Source: Lophium mytilinum (lineage: Eukaryota). From it: a stretch of DNA of 64,000 nucleotides. Of this stretch, positions 1 to 10,520 are shown piece after piece (the stretch's first letter is position 1; each line of letters starts with the position of its first letter). The stretch is taken from contig MU004191.1 in NCBI GenBank assembly GCA_010093605.1, forward strand, positions 852,816-916,815, in the 5' to 3' direction. Below the pieces are notes generated by a model. It made no database searches. It saw only the letters and a program-made list of their open reading frames with translations, and was not told the DNA's origin. The position numbers and the translations under genes were made by a program.

Positions 1-806
1 TCCGCGACATCATGAACCTCTTCGGCAAGCCTGCCGGCCAAACACCCTTCTACGCTGGTTTCGGTAACCGTCTCACAGACGCGCTCAGCTACCGCTCCGT
101 CAATATCCCCTCAACCCGCATCTTCACCATCAACTCCAATGCCGAGGTCAGCTTGGACTTGCTTACACTCAATAAGTACAAGACTGGCTACGCGAGCATG
201 CGTGAGATTGTGGATCACTTCTTCCCGCCTGTGGGGCTGCTTGTCCCGAACGGCGGCGAGAACTTCACCGATTTCAACTATTGGCGCGATCAGCCCTTGG
301 ATTTAGACCAGTTCACGGATAGTGAGAGCGGTGAAGACGACGACGACGATGACGACACGGAGGCGGGTAGTATCAGAAGCGAGGACGAAGGCACGGAAGG
401 GCTGGGAGAGGACCTCGAAGCAAGCTATTTCTCGCGCGGATCGATTGATGAGACTGGCGGGATGGAGGACTCTATCCTAGAAAGCGTTGAGGGTGATGAG
501 ATGGAGCATTCAACGATACTAGAAGAAGACGAGGGCGGCGATGATGAGGGAGACGAAGAGGATGGCGACGAGAACGAAGATGAGGATGAGGAGGATGAGG
601 TTGCGGCGCCCGGGGATGAGACTGACGAGATCCTGGATCGCGCGGCGGAGCGATTAGAGGCGTTGGATCTCGCGGACGAAGAGACGCCGACGCCGGGGCT
701 GAAGGAGGACCCTATGGCTGTGTTGACTGGCTCGGCACCCGTGTCTGCGAGGGCGTCGCCGGGGAAGAAACAGGCGCGGAGGGAGGAGGTCGAGCAGGCG
801 ATGTGA
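1..806 (+). CDS. PAH1: Phosphatidate phosphatase (lipin/Pah1/Ned1), 3' part; gene starts upstream of window
   Basis: FYAGFGNRLTDALSYRSVNIPSTRIFTIN and DHFFPPV...FTDFNYWR match the end of the lipin LNS2 domain; acidic low-complexity tail; stop TGA at 804-806. Confidence 0.93.
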   Translation, partial: RDIMNLFGKPAGQTPFYAGFGNRLTDALSYRSVNIPSTRIFTINSNAEVSLDLLTLNKYKTGYASMREIVDHFFPPVGLLVPNGGENFTDFNYWRDQPLDLDQFTDSESGEDDDDDDDTEAGSIRSEDEGTEGLGEDLEASYFSRGSIDETGGMEDSILESVEGDEMEHSTILEEDEGGDDEGDEEDGDENEDEDEEDEVAAPGDETDEILDRAAERLEALDLADEETPTPGLKEDPMAVLTGSAPVSARASPGKKQARREEVEQAM

Positions 807-1286
807 TCGACGATGAAGAGCTGTCGGATTAGCATTGTTTTCACTGCAAAAGCATCATGCGTGCAACCTCATCTCGAGTTTAGGCGCTGAAGGGAAGAGA
901 GTAGACGGACGCAGCAGAGCCGCGGTGTACTGGACTAATGACGGGATGCGAGTTGTTTCACTATTGTAAAACTCATGATCAGGCGCTGGGGTTTGGGGCA
1001 TGGCGACGGCGTTTTTTCTTAGTTTTAGGTATCATTGATCTTGAGGCGAGGATGGGGGAGCTTCAACAGCTTTAGTGGGAGTTGGAATATCAAAGTATCC
1101 TTAAAAATGACTTCTTTGACATGCTTCGGTGAATTTAGTTTGTGGCTTTCTTGATTCCACATATCTCTCAAGCAGAAGGAGGTCCTGGTCAGATGTGGGG
1201 CCGCGCCAAGGCTCGCGAATCTTTCGAGTCAGATTCAACCTCTAATCAACGACCATCTATTTTCAACATCGGCATCAATTCTGGAT

Positions 1287-2679
1287 ATGGCGAACTCCAA
1301 GTGTGTAAAAACAGCCCGGTGTGAAGAAGTCACTTGTTAACAAATGAGTAGATATGAATACGTCCGCGCGTTCGAGCAGCCGGATGTCTTGCTGCCCAAT
1401 ACGTGGATTGTGGTGAGGATCGATGGAAGGGGGTTTCACGGGTGAGTACTTTCCAACCTCGATTATCGAAATTATGGCACATATGCCTGACATTTTCTAT
1501 TCTTGGTGGTGTTGATTTGTGCTGCCACTGGAGATAAAGGTCTTTGCTTTTTGTCTTGCCTCATGCTTTTCAATTGCTCTTTCGTTTCTAGCCCTTGGAT
1601 TTTCCGGTCCTAGTCGCATTCAATTACTTGTTGAGGCCAATTAGGCTGACGAATGGAACTCGCTTTAGGTTTACAACGAAATACAAGTTCAAGAAGCCGA
1701 ACGATGCTCGCGCATTAGAGCTCATGAACGCAGCGGCTGAGGGTGTGATGCGAGAGCTGCCGGATTTAGTGGTGGCGTATGGGGTTAGTGATGAGTTCAG
1801 GTACGTGAAATTCCCCCTAGCTCATTCCTTTACCTATACTCACATTTAAGTAGCTTTGTTTTCCACAAGGATTGCACACTGTTTGAGCGGAGGGCGAGGT
1901 ATGTAACGAGCGAACTTTCTTTCCGAAACATGGGGGTTCTTATATTATCATAGCAAGCTTACGACTACGATTGTTTCCACATTCAGCTCGTACTATGTCT
2001 ACTTGTGGCCGAAGTATTTCCCGGATACCCCACTTACACCACCATTGCCTAGTTTTGATGGAAGGGCCGTGGTGTATCCTAGTGTGAGGAATTTGAGGGA
2101 TTATATGAGTTGGAGACAGGTCGATTGTAAGCCTGTAACAACTGAGAAGTTTCGATTCAAGTCTGACATGGGATAGGCCACATCAACAACCTCTACAACA
2201 CCACGTTCTGGGCTCTCGTCCAGCTTGGCGGTATGGACGCACAAGCTGCAGAAAAGGAGCTCACGGGGACTCTCTCCGCCGACAAAAACGAGATCCTCTT
2301 TTCGAGATTCAAAATCAACTATAACAACGAGCCAGAGATGTTCAAAAAAGGGAGTGTGATTTTTCGAGACGTAAGTTTGGGATTCGATGGTCTTTCAATG
2401 CCACTGCGAAGACACTGACGAACTTAGTTTGATCTTCCATCCACGGCGTCAAATGAGTTGGCGGAAGGTGTCGCAATATCGCCAGTTTCGGCTTCCACCA
2501 AGAGCCCACTCTCGCACCCACTCGATGATGCAGGATTCCCCCAGCCGCTCTCGAAAACAGCTACCGAGAAAGATCGGAAGCGGCGCGTTAAAGCTCGCAT
2601 CGTTGTAGCACATATCGACATCATCAAAGACGAATTCTGGGCGGCTAGGCCTTGGATCCTGAGTGGAAAGGCTCCGTGA
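1287..2679 (+). CDS. THG1: tRNA(His) guanylyltransferase, multi-exon
   Basis: Spliced translation [34 protein letters not shown]...KPNDARAL...[10 protein letters not shown]...PSFDGRAV...[23 protein letters not shown]...[24 protein letters not shown]...[10 protein letters not shown]. Introns include 1301-1351 and 1442-1668, plus four further GT-AG introns. Confidence 0.96.
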
Positions 2680-3315
2680 TCGCCTTCACATTGGCCGACT
2701 CAAATTTTCCGTCTCGTCACTTTCTCAGCCGAAGCTTTATTCACTACGAAGCCGCGCGACTTGCTATCTTCGAGGGGCTCTAAAGGGATATGCAAGTGTG
2801 CCCTAAGTCTACCGTGTGGATCCTCTCTGCAAAACCTTCATGCTCTCCGTACACCATGAAGGATCGAGCAAATCCCTACTACGTGAGATGGAACCTTGTG
2901 TCAACAGGATTCTGTCGATCCGAGAATATATTCCTTGCGAATGGTCCTCTACATGCACGACTATAATGTCTAATGAGGAGTCGATTAAAAGGACTAGCGT
3001 TGCTGAGTCATCTCACCGCCCAGAGATTCGGATCTAAACACTGTAGAAAGTAGTGGAAAGTAGTGGAATTCCGTGTAAAGAGGGGTTCTAAGTATTACTT
3101 AGCGTAAGGGAAGTATCTTCTGTGTCACTGTGGTTAAAGATCACCTACGCCAAATCACAATATGATAGAAACATCTTCGTAGCGGGCATCGTCGCGAGAA
3201 GCAGACTCATCACCCATCACATTATAGAACACACATTCACTTTCAATTCATAAATGGAAATACATCAAGATCGTAACCGGGGCGTACGCCCCTTTTGCTG
3301 TTCTTTTTTATTTTC

Positions 3316-3408
3316 AGACTCCAAGAACTCCAGACTCCAAACTCCAAGACTCCAAACTCCAAGACTCCAAACTCCAAGACTCCAAACTCCTAGACTCCTA
3401 GACTCCTA
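3316..3408. repeat. Minisatellite of 12 ACTCC cores (alternating 7/8-bp units, ~15-bp higher-order repeat ACTCCAAGACTCCAA)
   Basis: Directly visible: agactccaagaactccagactccaaactccaag...ctcctagactcctaaa, flanked by T-rich tracts. Confidence 0.9.
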
Positions 3409-3628
3409 AATTTGAGCACATCCCGATTTCTTTTTTTGTAATTTTTTTCTTCGAAAGAAACTCAATGCTTACCCAAACCCCAAGAACCGGAAAGACAAAT
3501 TTTAGCGTTAGAACTTCTCCTAAGAGGAAAGCACTAGAGTCTGCTCCGCGTTAGCCTAGCAATCAGGAACCTTGCTTACCTTCAAGGTGTGCGGAGAAAT
3601 CCAACCCAGAGACATCTCGTCTCTCAAA

Positions 3629-5098
3629 TTAGTCATCAGACATCTCGCTCGCGGCGGATGACGGTAGCATCTCACCGAGTAAGACATCCGCGCAATACAT
3701 AGCGTCCTTCTCCGGATCCAGGTCGTCCTCAGGCATCTCAAACTCGGATGACTCACGTACCTCTATAGCCTCCAGATCCTTATTGATAAAAGTGATCATG
3801 TCGACTAAGGTACCCTTGACGTCTTCGAAAAATTGATCGCGGAGGCTATCCGCATTATCAACGGCTTCAATGTTCTGATCGATATAGTTGAGGCCTTGCT
3901 CGCAAGTATCGTGGAACGTCTCCACGAACTCTTCTAGGAGTTTCGCGAGAGAGTCGGATTCGACGGCCTGTACAGGTTCCTCGTCATCGGTATCATCGCC
4001 CTCAGACTCAGTCTCTTCAGGCGCAAGATCCTCGGACCACCAAGGCACATGCAAATACAGCACATCCTGTTTGATCCCGTACTTCTCGCCCCAGCACTGG
4101 CACGGGCCATATTCCGCTTCTAAAACAGTGACCTCACCGGAGTTGATCGGGTACTTAGCTTGCGAGAGATACTGCCGTAACGTCTCCTTAGTCCCACCGA
4201 CATGATGCTTCGCAACACGCCGTAGGAGCAGCTTCGAGTGCTGCGTGACCTTCGTGCCGCCCTTGACCTCGACCCAGCTAAGGGGATGCACGAGATCAAC
4301 GCCGCGGTTTTCGAACTTGCGGGTGTGGTTCTCCGTCGGGGACACAGGCGTGAGAGGGCTATCCCACGCCGCTTCTTGCAAGCACTGGTAGATCCAGGGA
4401 TCGACGTACGTGCGATCAGTTTCGGGATCCCACGGATCTGGGAAGAGTTGCTGCAAGCAGACGCGCTCTTCGTAATCCTCCTCGTTTTCCGCGGCGGTTG
4501 GGACGCGGGAGAGGATGTCGTCCCAGATTCCGGACCAGCGTTGCCACTCCCAGGCAAAGATAGAGCGCATCTCGTAGACGGGATTGGTCTCGATGAGGAT
4601 GATCTCCTCGCTGGCTTGAGCGTCATGGTGCGTTTTCGGCTTCTTGTAGGCGGAAACAACCTCGTAGTCAACTTCAGAAGAGATCGACCGTTCGCGCTTC
4701 CGCCCGCCCACACCAGCCATGCTAGCGCGCTTCGGGGTGACAGTCCGAACGAACTCATCCTCGCCTACCTGCACCCAATCTACCTCCTCTCCCCCATTGT
4801 CGCTGTAAACGGTAGTATCAGTTTCATAGCCATCAGACTCGGACTCCGAATCGTCAACCGACCAATATCCCGAGGAAGACGACTCATACATCTCGTCATC
4901 CCAATCCTCGTGAGTACGTTGCTTACCTGCAACGCCGTTAGTGCGGGAATCGACCTGCGGTGTTATGGCTACGTACCAGAAGCCTGCGGCGTCTCGTGCC
5001 GCCCACGGAACCCCCCGATCTGTCTCTACCATCTCGTCCTCTGTCATACGCGTGATGCGGGCGGCGGCGGTGCGGCCGACTGAGCGTGTGGCGCACAT
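3629..5098 (-). CDS. Hypothetical acidic protein (489 aa, apparently intronless), no recognised domain
   Basis: Long uninterrupted ORF with protein-like composition (acidic tracts, basic RKRER/KKPK patches, Trp-rich middle). The true start may be a later Met. Confidence 0.65.
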   Translation of the reverse strand: MCATRSVGRTAAARITRMTEDEMVETDRGVPWAARDAAGFWYVAITPQVDSRTNGVAGKQRTHEDWDDEMYESSSSGYWSVDDSESESDGYETDTTVYSDNGGEEVDWVQVGEDEFVRTVTPKRASMAGVGGRKRERSISSEVDYEVVSAYKKPKTHHDAQASEEIILIETNPVYEMRSIFAWEWQRWSGIWDDILSRVPTAAENEEDYEERVCLQQLFPDPWDPETDRTYVDPWIYQCLQEAAWDSPLTPVSPTENHTRKFENRGVDLVHPLSWVEVKGGTKVTQHSKLLLRRVAKHHVGGTKETLRQYLSQAKYPINSGEVTVLEAEYGPCQCWGEKYGIKQDVLYLHVPWWSEDLAPEETESEGDDTDDEEPVQAVESDSLAKLLEEFVETFHDTCEQGLNYIDQNIEAVDNADSLRDQFFEDVKGTLVDMITFINKDLEAIEVRESSEFEMPEDDLDPEKDAMYCADVLLGEMLPSSAASEMSDD

Positions 5099-6052
5099 GT
5101 GTGCGTGAGAGGGGGATGTAGAAAGCGTGAGCTGTGCCGAAAACGTGGTTAGGGCGCTTGCAAGGTGGAACCAGATAGGCCGGCTATTTGGTTAAGCTGT
5201 GAGATTGTCTTTGCAAGTGGGTGTTTTCGGAAGCTCGGCGTGGGTTGGGTTGGGTTGGAAGTGTTGGGAGGAGCAGTTGGGGTTCTTATAGGAGGGACTG
5301 CACAATGTAGGATACGTGTGAGATGGGAGGTTGGAAAAATAAGGTGGTGGGGATTTCTTTGTTTGGAGTGATGAGAGAACAATGTTATTGTAAGGGCTGA
5401 AGGCCGGCGTAGCTAGGTGACGTTGTACTTGTGCACAATACCTTTACTCTTGATCAGATACAGGGCGTGAAAACCGAGATGCCCATCCTTGATACCTAAA
5501 TTAGCTTCTGCACAATCGTGGGCGTATGGTTGTTGGTAGTAGTACCCAAGGGAGCATTTCCCATCTCCCTCGAAACCACACAAAGGTAAACAACGCTCGA
5601 CCCGGTAGCGGGGTGCCCGTACTAATTGTGCAATTTTGTTTGGACAGCAAGATTGAGTGCGGTTTCCGCTTTCTGCTTCACTGGTTCCAGTACCTTCTGG
5701 TGCAAGGGAGCGCTGAGATTGGCTGACCGACGCGAGTAGAGAAGCTTGGTAGCGAGGTCTATGTCGGATTCCATGGGAGGCTTCTTTACTCAAAATGCCT
5801 GAGCCTGACATCTGCGATCGACAAGCCAAAGACCAGAACCAATAGCTGTTGAATCTGGCTCGCTCTGGATGTTTTACTGACTTCGCCACGGACACGCTGT
5901 CAACGTTTGACGTACAAACTGAGGTGGAGGAGGAAAGAAGCTTACGCAACAAACAACCTGCATGTCTAGGCGTCCGCGGGGGGTCTCTTGTTCTAGCTGT
6001 ATGCTACGTCAGAGAGTAGTCTTGCTGACGGGCCATGTATCCCATGAGATAA

Positions 6053-6162
6053 TCCGGTGTGGTGTAGTTGGCTAGCATATGCCAGAGGAGGACGGCAGCC
6101 CTGTATAGACAGGGAAATGTGCCGTGTTGGGCAAGACCCAAGTTCGATCCTTGGCGCCGAAA
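6053..6162 (+). ncRNA. tRNA-like Pol III element (Asp/Glu-like scaffold) with non-canonical, expanded anticodon arm; tRNA pseudogene or tRNA-derived RNA
   Basis: Acceptor TCCGGTG/CGCCGAA; A-box TGGTGTAGTTGG; D-stem GTGT/GCAT; stem TGCC/GGCA; 4-nt variable loop AGAC; perfect T-arm CCAAG-TTCGATC-CTTGG; downstream T-runs at ~6177-6192. No canonical U33 or anticodon loop. Confidence 0.7.
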
Positions 6163-6194
6163 CTCCCAATCCCATGTTTCTTTTACTCTTTTGC

Positions 6195-6964
6195 TCAATC
6201 CACCCGTCTTATTCCAACAACTCGTGACAGTCTTTGCTCAAGCCCATAGACAGAGTCTTGCATATCTGCTAGATCCCTCGCAAGTTCTCTCACAATCCTT
6301 GAATACCCAGTTAGCACGCTTCTTCCATACTCCCTCCATTCACGACGTTCAGTTCACACTATACTTACATAGCAACATCCCCAACCTCCTTCGCAATCCT
6401 CCTCGTCTCAACCCTAGACAACGACGCCAACAGAGTCACAACATCATTCTTCCGCCGCAACCACACAAACCGCTCCCGAAACCCACACTCCTTGTAATCA
6501 TTTCTGTAGTAGTCAGGCCACTCCACCTCATCCTCATCGGCATACCCTTTCTCCTCCCTCGCCACGCCTGCACTATCCCTCAGAAACGGCCGCTCGAGAT
6601 TCCGAAACTGCCGAATCATGTGCTTGATCGCCTCGCGCATGACCCGCAATGCCACATCCTCGTCTTGGGAGTGTCCCGTAAATGAGCGGATCCCAGCCTC
6701 TTTCTCCCTTGTGCGACTTCCCGCGCTCTTTCGACGCTCGCGGCGGCGCGCGCGCCGGAGATGTGTGCGCTCTTCGTAGAGGCCCTGCTTCAGATTCGAG
6801 AGGTAGTCGTGGATTTCGGTGGGTGCGGCAAAGAAGGTGAAGAGGTTGCTCCAGAAGACGTTGAGGAAGGTTGCGAGGGTGAAAGCGAAGCTAATAAAGC
6901 CGATGACCGAGGATGCGAGGGAGATGGGGGCGAGGGCGGAGTGGGTGGAGAGGGTGACGCCCAT
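6195..6964 (-). CDS. Fungal hypothetical protein with N-terminal hydrophobic/TM segment, 2 exons
   Basis: MGVTLSTHSALAPISLASSVIGFISFAFTLATFLNVFW...; GTAAGT intron after GDVAM with GCTAAC branch; last exon IVRELARDLADMQDSVYGLEQRLSRVVGIRRVD, stop at 6197-6195. Confidence 0.8.
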
Positions 6965-7548
6965 TGCGTGTCAATTAGACAAGAGCCAATTAGGCAAATT
7001 CGGAGGAGGGCACGAGAAGGAGTTGAATGAAAGGTCTGGAGGACAGAGAGGGTATTGTGGGGTGTGTTTACACTTCCAAGTACGCCTCGGCGGACAGCTC
7101 GGAAGTACGATGACGGCGTCGCGCTACCATTTAGCGTTCTAACAAGGTGATGCTTGCTATTCTTGATTGGTCATGCAGGATATTCAATTATGCATATTTT
7201 GGAGTTCAGATATTGCGGCGAGAATAGTTGTAGGAGTGGTGAGGAGTTCGTTGTTATAGATTCGAATAGCTCATAAATGTGTTGTGAGGTTGGAGCTGAA
7301 AAGCACATGCACAATACTCGGCTGCCGCTGAGCAGGGGCGGATAAGTGCACGAAGAGCAGAGTGCTCACTTCGAGTGAACAGGCTAGTTCCAAATGGTGC
7401 TGATATGCTCGTTGAAGTTCATCCAAGGTCGATTCAGCGTTGGTGGGAAGAGCGAATTATGTTTAACCTGCTCGATCACGTGATCCCTGATGGACGGCAG
7501 GTAGTACTGCTGCATAACGAATTGTAGAAGAATGCTGACGGGCGGAGC

Positions 7549-9970
7549 TCATTCCAAGGTCGTTTTCTCAAAGTTGAGGCCCATCTCCAGCGCCTCACCA
7601 TGCATCAGACCATACACATATGCTTCGCCGACAAGCTGATGTCGCCCGTTTGGAAGTCGACGCAACACGAATGGAACTGGCGCTCCTGCGAGCACCCATA
7701 GCTCATCGCCTACTTCGAGAGAGCGTGGTCCAGTACCAAGGAACTTAGTATGAGTCCTGAACAATCGCCGCATGGTTCCCCCACCATTATCAAGTTCATG
7801 TTGGAGTTGTGCAAGGCCGATGGGAGAGTAAGTTCCATTGAACATGCTCTCTACGACAGCTGTCAAGCGCTGCTTGTATGCCCCGAGATTGTAGGGCGAT
7901 CCTTGGGGTTCAGCTGAAAGAAGAGCATGCCATTCAGGGTATATTGATGCAGAAAGAGGATTGTGCTGAGGCTGAAAGTCAATCTCGCTGGACCAGGGCG
8001 TCAATCTGTGTCGTATTTGTAGATTCAAGATGTAATCAACAAAGAGCTCCCCGGTCCTAGTTGGAGCCGGGTGTTGGCGTGCGTATGTGTTCGTAGTCAA
8101 AGTCCTCCAGAGAACCTCGACGCGTGATATTTCCCGATATTTGGGTCGACAGGTTCGATAATAGTCGTCCAACCCTAGTGCTAAACTAACGATGCTAGCC
8201 CAGGGCGCGACAGGATCTAACGATTCTTCTCGCATAACGGATGTATGATCAATTACGTCCAAGAAATAGCCTTGGACGGGAAGTAGGCCGTTGTTCATGG
8301 CGGCAACGTCAGGTGTCCATAAGAGCTTGCCGGAAGCTTGCCAAAGTTTCCATTGTACGACCCCGCGAAATTTGAGAGGGTAGGGCTTTATGGCGACCGA
8401 GTAGTCGGGAACCCATGAGGGAAGGTTTGGGATCTTGGTCCGGGATCGATCTTCCTTATGGCATAGAATATCTAGGTGTTTGTTTGCTACTAAGAGCGCT
8501 CGGACTGTCTCAGAGTACACTTGCTGTACCGACAGCTTATAATCTGCAGCTAAGGCTCTTGCTTGGGTATTGAATGGCGGTGCCTTCCTATCCGCGAGTC
8601 CAAGAAATGCGTAAACTTTATCCCTCGGATCAGTAGACCCGGAGAAACGATGCATGTCGAGAAGAACGCGAAGTGATGGTTTTCGTCGCCGAACGGTCGA
8701 ATGCGGAACTAATCGGCCGGAAGCAGCTACCTGTATCCTGGTCCGATCAAGATAAAACGATGACATGTCGACGTCTGCCTTCGACTTCAGAAAGTTTTTA
8801 TATACCCCTGGGGTTTCTCTGACGGCCGCGACATGTCGCAACTTTTCGGTCGATAGATGATGGTACCACCGACTCTTTTTGATAAAAGCTAATGTTTTGG
8901 AGAGCTTGTCCCACAAAAAGGTATTTTGACCACACACAAGCACTGCAGATCTGGCTAGAGCAATCTCTTGGACGACCCATGCCCTTTTGAACCAGGGTCG
9001 ATTGATAAACGCGATGAATCCAATCCAGTTGAAAATAGATAGGTGTGATATTCCAAGTTCTTTGAGGCATCCTTCGTCCGCGTAAAAACTTGTGTAGCTT
9101 GCGGAATCCCAGTGGGGCTCTGGGATATTTGATATAGCATTGATCACAGATAATGCATCAGACGTATATTCGTCCTCTTTCCCAAGCCACACAATAACCT
9201 TTTGAGCAGCTTTGAATGTTTCTGCCATAAGGGCGACCTATCCATTCATTAGAAGGGGCTTTCGTTATGAGAGCTGGAACAACCACCTGAAGGTTTCTCT
9301 CGATGATGTTTTTCTGATCAACACATATAGCATCAATCCAATAGTAAGTAGACTCGGTAATGTTCCTAGTAGCACTAAGAGACTTGCATAGCATTTGCAA
9401 GGCATCTTTGAGATTTGCGGTGACGAAGATGCTGGAATCGTCGCAGATGATGGGATATCGACGTATTCGTCCGGAAGAATCATTATTGCTGGGCAGGTCT
9501 AGTTTCTTTGAAGCATGCGGAAGACGAGTCGCGTTAGCTGAGGTTGCTGTTGGTCTTCGTCCTCTTGCAGCAGGTAATGAAGCTCTTGAGAGCTGGGGCA
9601 AGGGGTTGCCCCAAGTATAACTTAACGCGTCGAACGGCGGGGCTTCTTGAAGCTCATAGGCTTTTAACGAGCATGATATCTTGCCATCGTTCGCAGGGGA
9701 CAGTTCCAAGAGACGTATCGAGGTTGCCGACGGCAATGGCGCATATTGGTACTGTCGAGTTCGCCAGATCTGGGTAAAGCGCGACCGGGCGTTGATGAAG
9801 AATCTGGGACTCCTCATAAGGCTCACAGTAGAAGTCCCAAAGCCTTCAGAGGTGGTATTTTGAAGTAGTAGTTCATGTGTAAAAGAAGGTGGAGGAGATG
9901 TAGGGAATGTTCCTGGTGTCAGCTTCAACCGTGCATGCGGAGCCAGTCGCGAACAGCTGTGGCGGTGCAT
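7549..9970 (-). CDS. HET-domain (heterokaryon incompatibility, HET-6-like) protein, 2 exons
   Basis: SIRLLEL, FDALSYTWG, YWIDAICVDQKNIIERNLQV, VIVWLG, RPWFKRAWVVQEIALA, STDPRDKVYAFLGL, LPSWVPD, GDELWVLAGAPVPFVLR, LVGEAYVYGLMHGE. Intron at ~9285-9238. Start codon uncertain (9970 or a later Met). Confidence 0.92.
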
Positions 9971-10520
9971 AGCTGTGGCGGTGCATCATCTTACCCCTTC
10001 CAACCTTCAGAAGTAGTGTTAGCCGAACTGATGTTCACCTGGCACCCTGCTCAAGTGGACAGGCCGAAAGTGTTTTGCGGGTCATTTTGACCTTCGAAAG
10101 ACGCTGTAATGTCTCCAGGTAAGCGTAGTTGAATCAGAATACTTCCACATGTATGTACTGTACATAGCAACGTCCGAAGGTCTTCAATTACGTTTAAGAG
10201 TTGGGAAAAAATGCCATGAACTGTCCCCTAAGATTGAATAGTAGTTCAGATTTCAGCTTTAGTATGTTGACTCAAAGATAGCTCACCACTTTAACTCGAC
10301 AACATGATTGAGTGCATTGTCAGCGACGCTATATAGTATTGGAGGAGCTTCTTTCGCTATCTTCGAATACGACTTTCCGAACCAAGCCGTGGAAACCTTT
10401 TGCGGATCCACTTCATCTACGACCAAGAAATTAAGAGAGGAGTATACGCAGTTACCTAATACCTAAGCGCCCCCATTCGTTACCGTCGTTTGATCCCCTT
10501 TTCCACACATCCATGCAGGC

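Noticed and set aside
4120..5083. Long overlapping ORFs in other frames
   Set aside because: Shadows of the GC-rich 3629-5098 CDS.
5413..5952. 179-aa minus-strand ORF / possible structured RNA
   Set aside because: Non-ATG start, no domain, and no cloverleaf or snRNA motif could be built.
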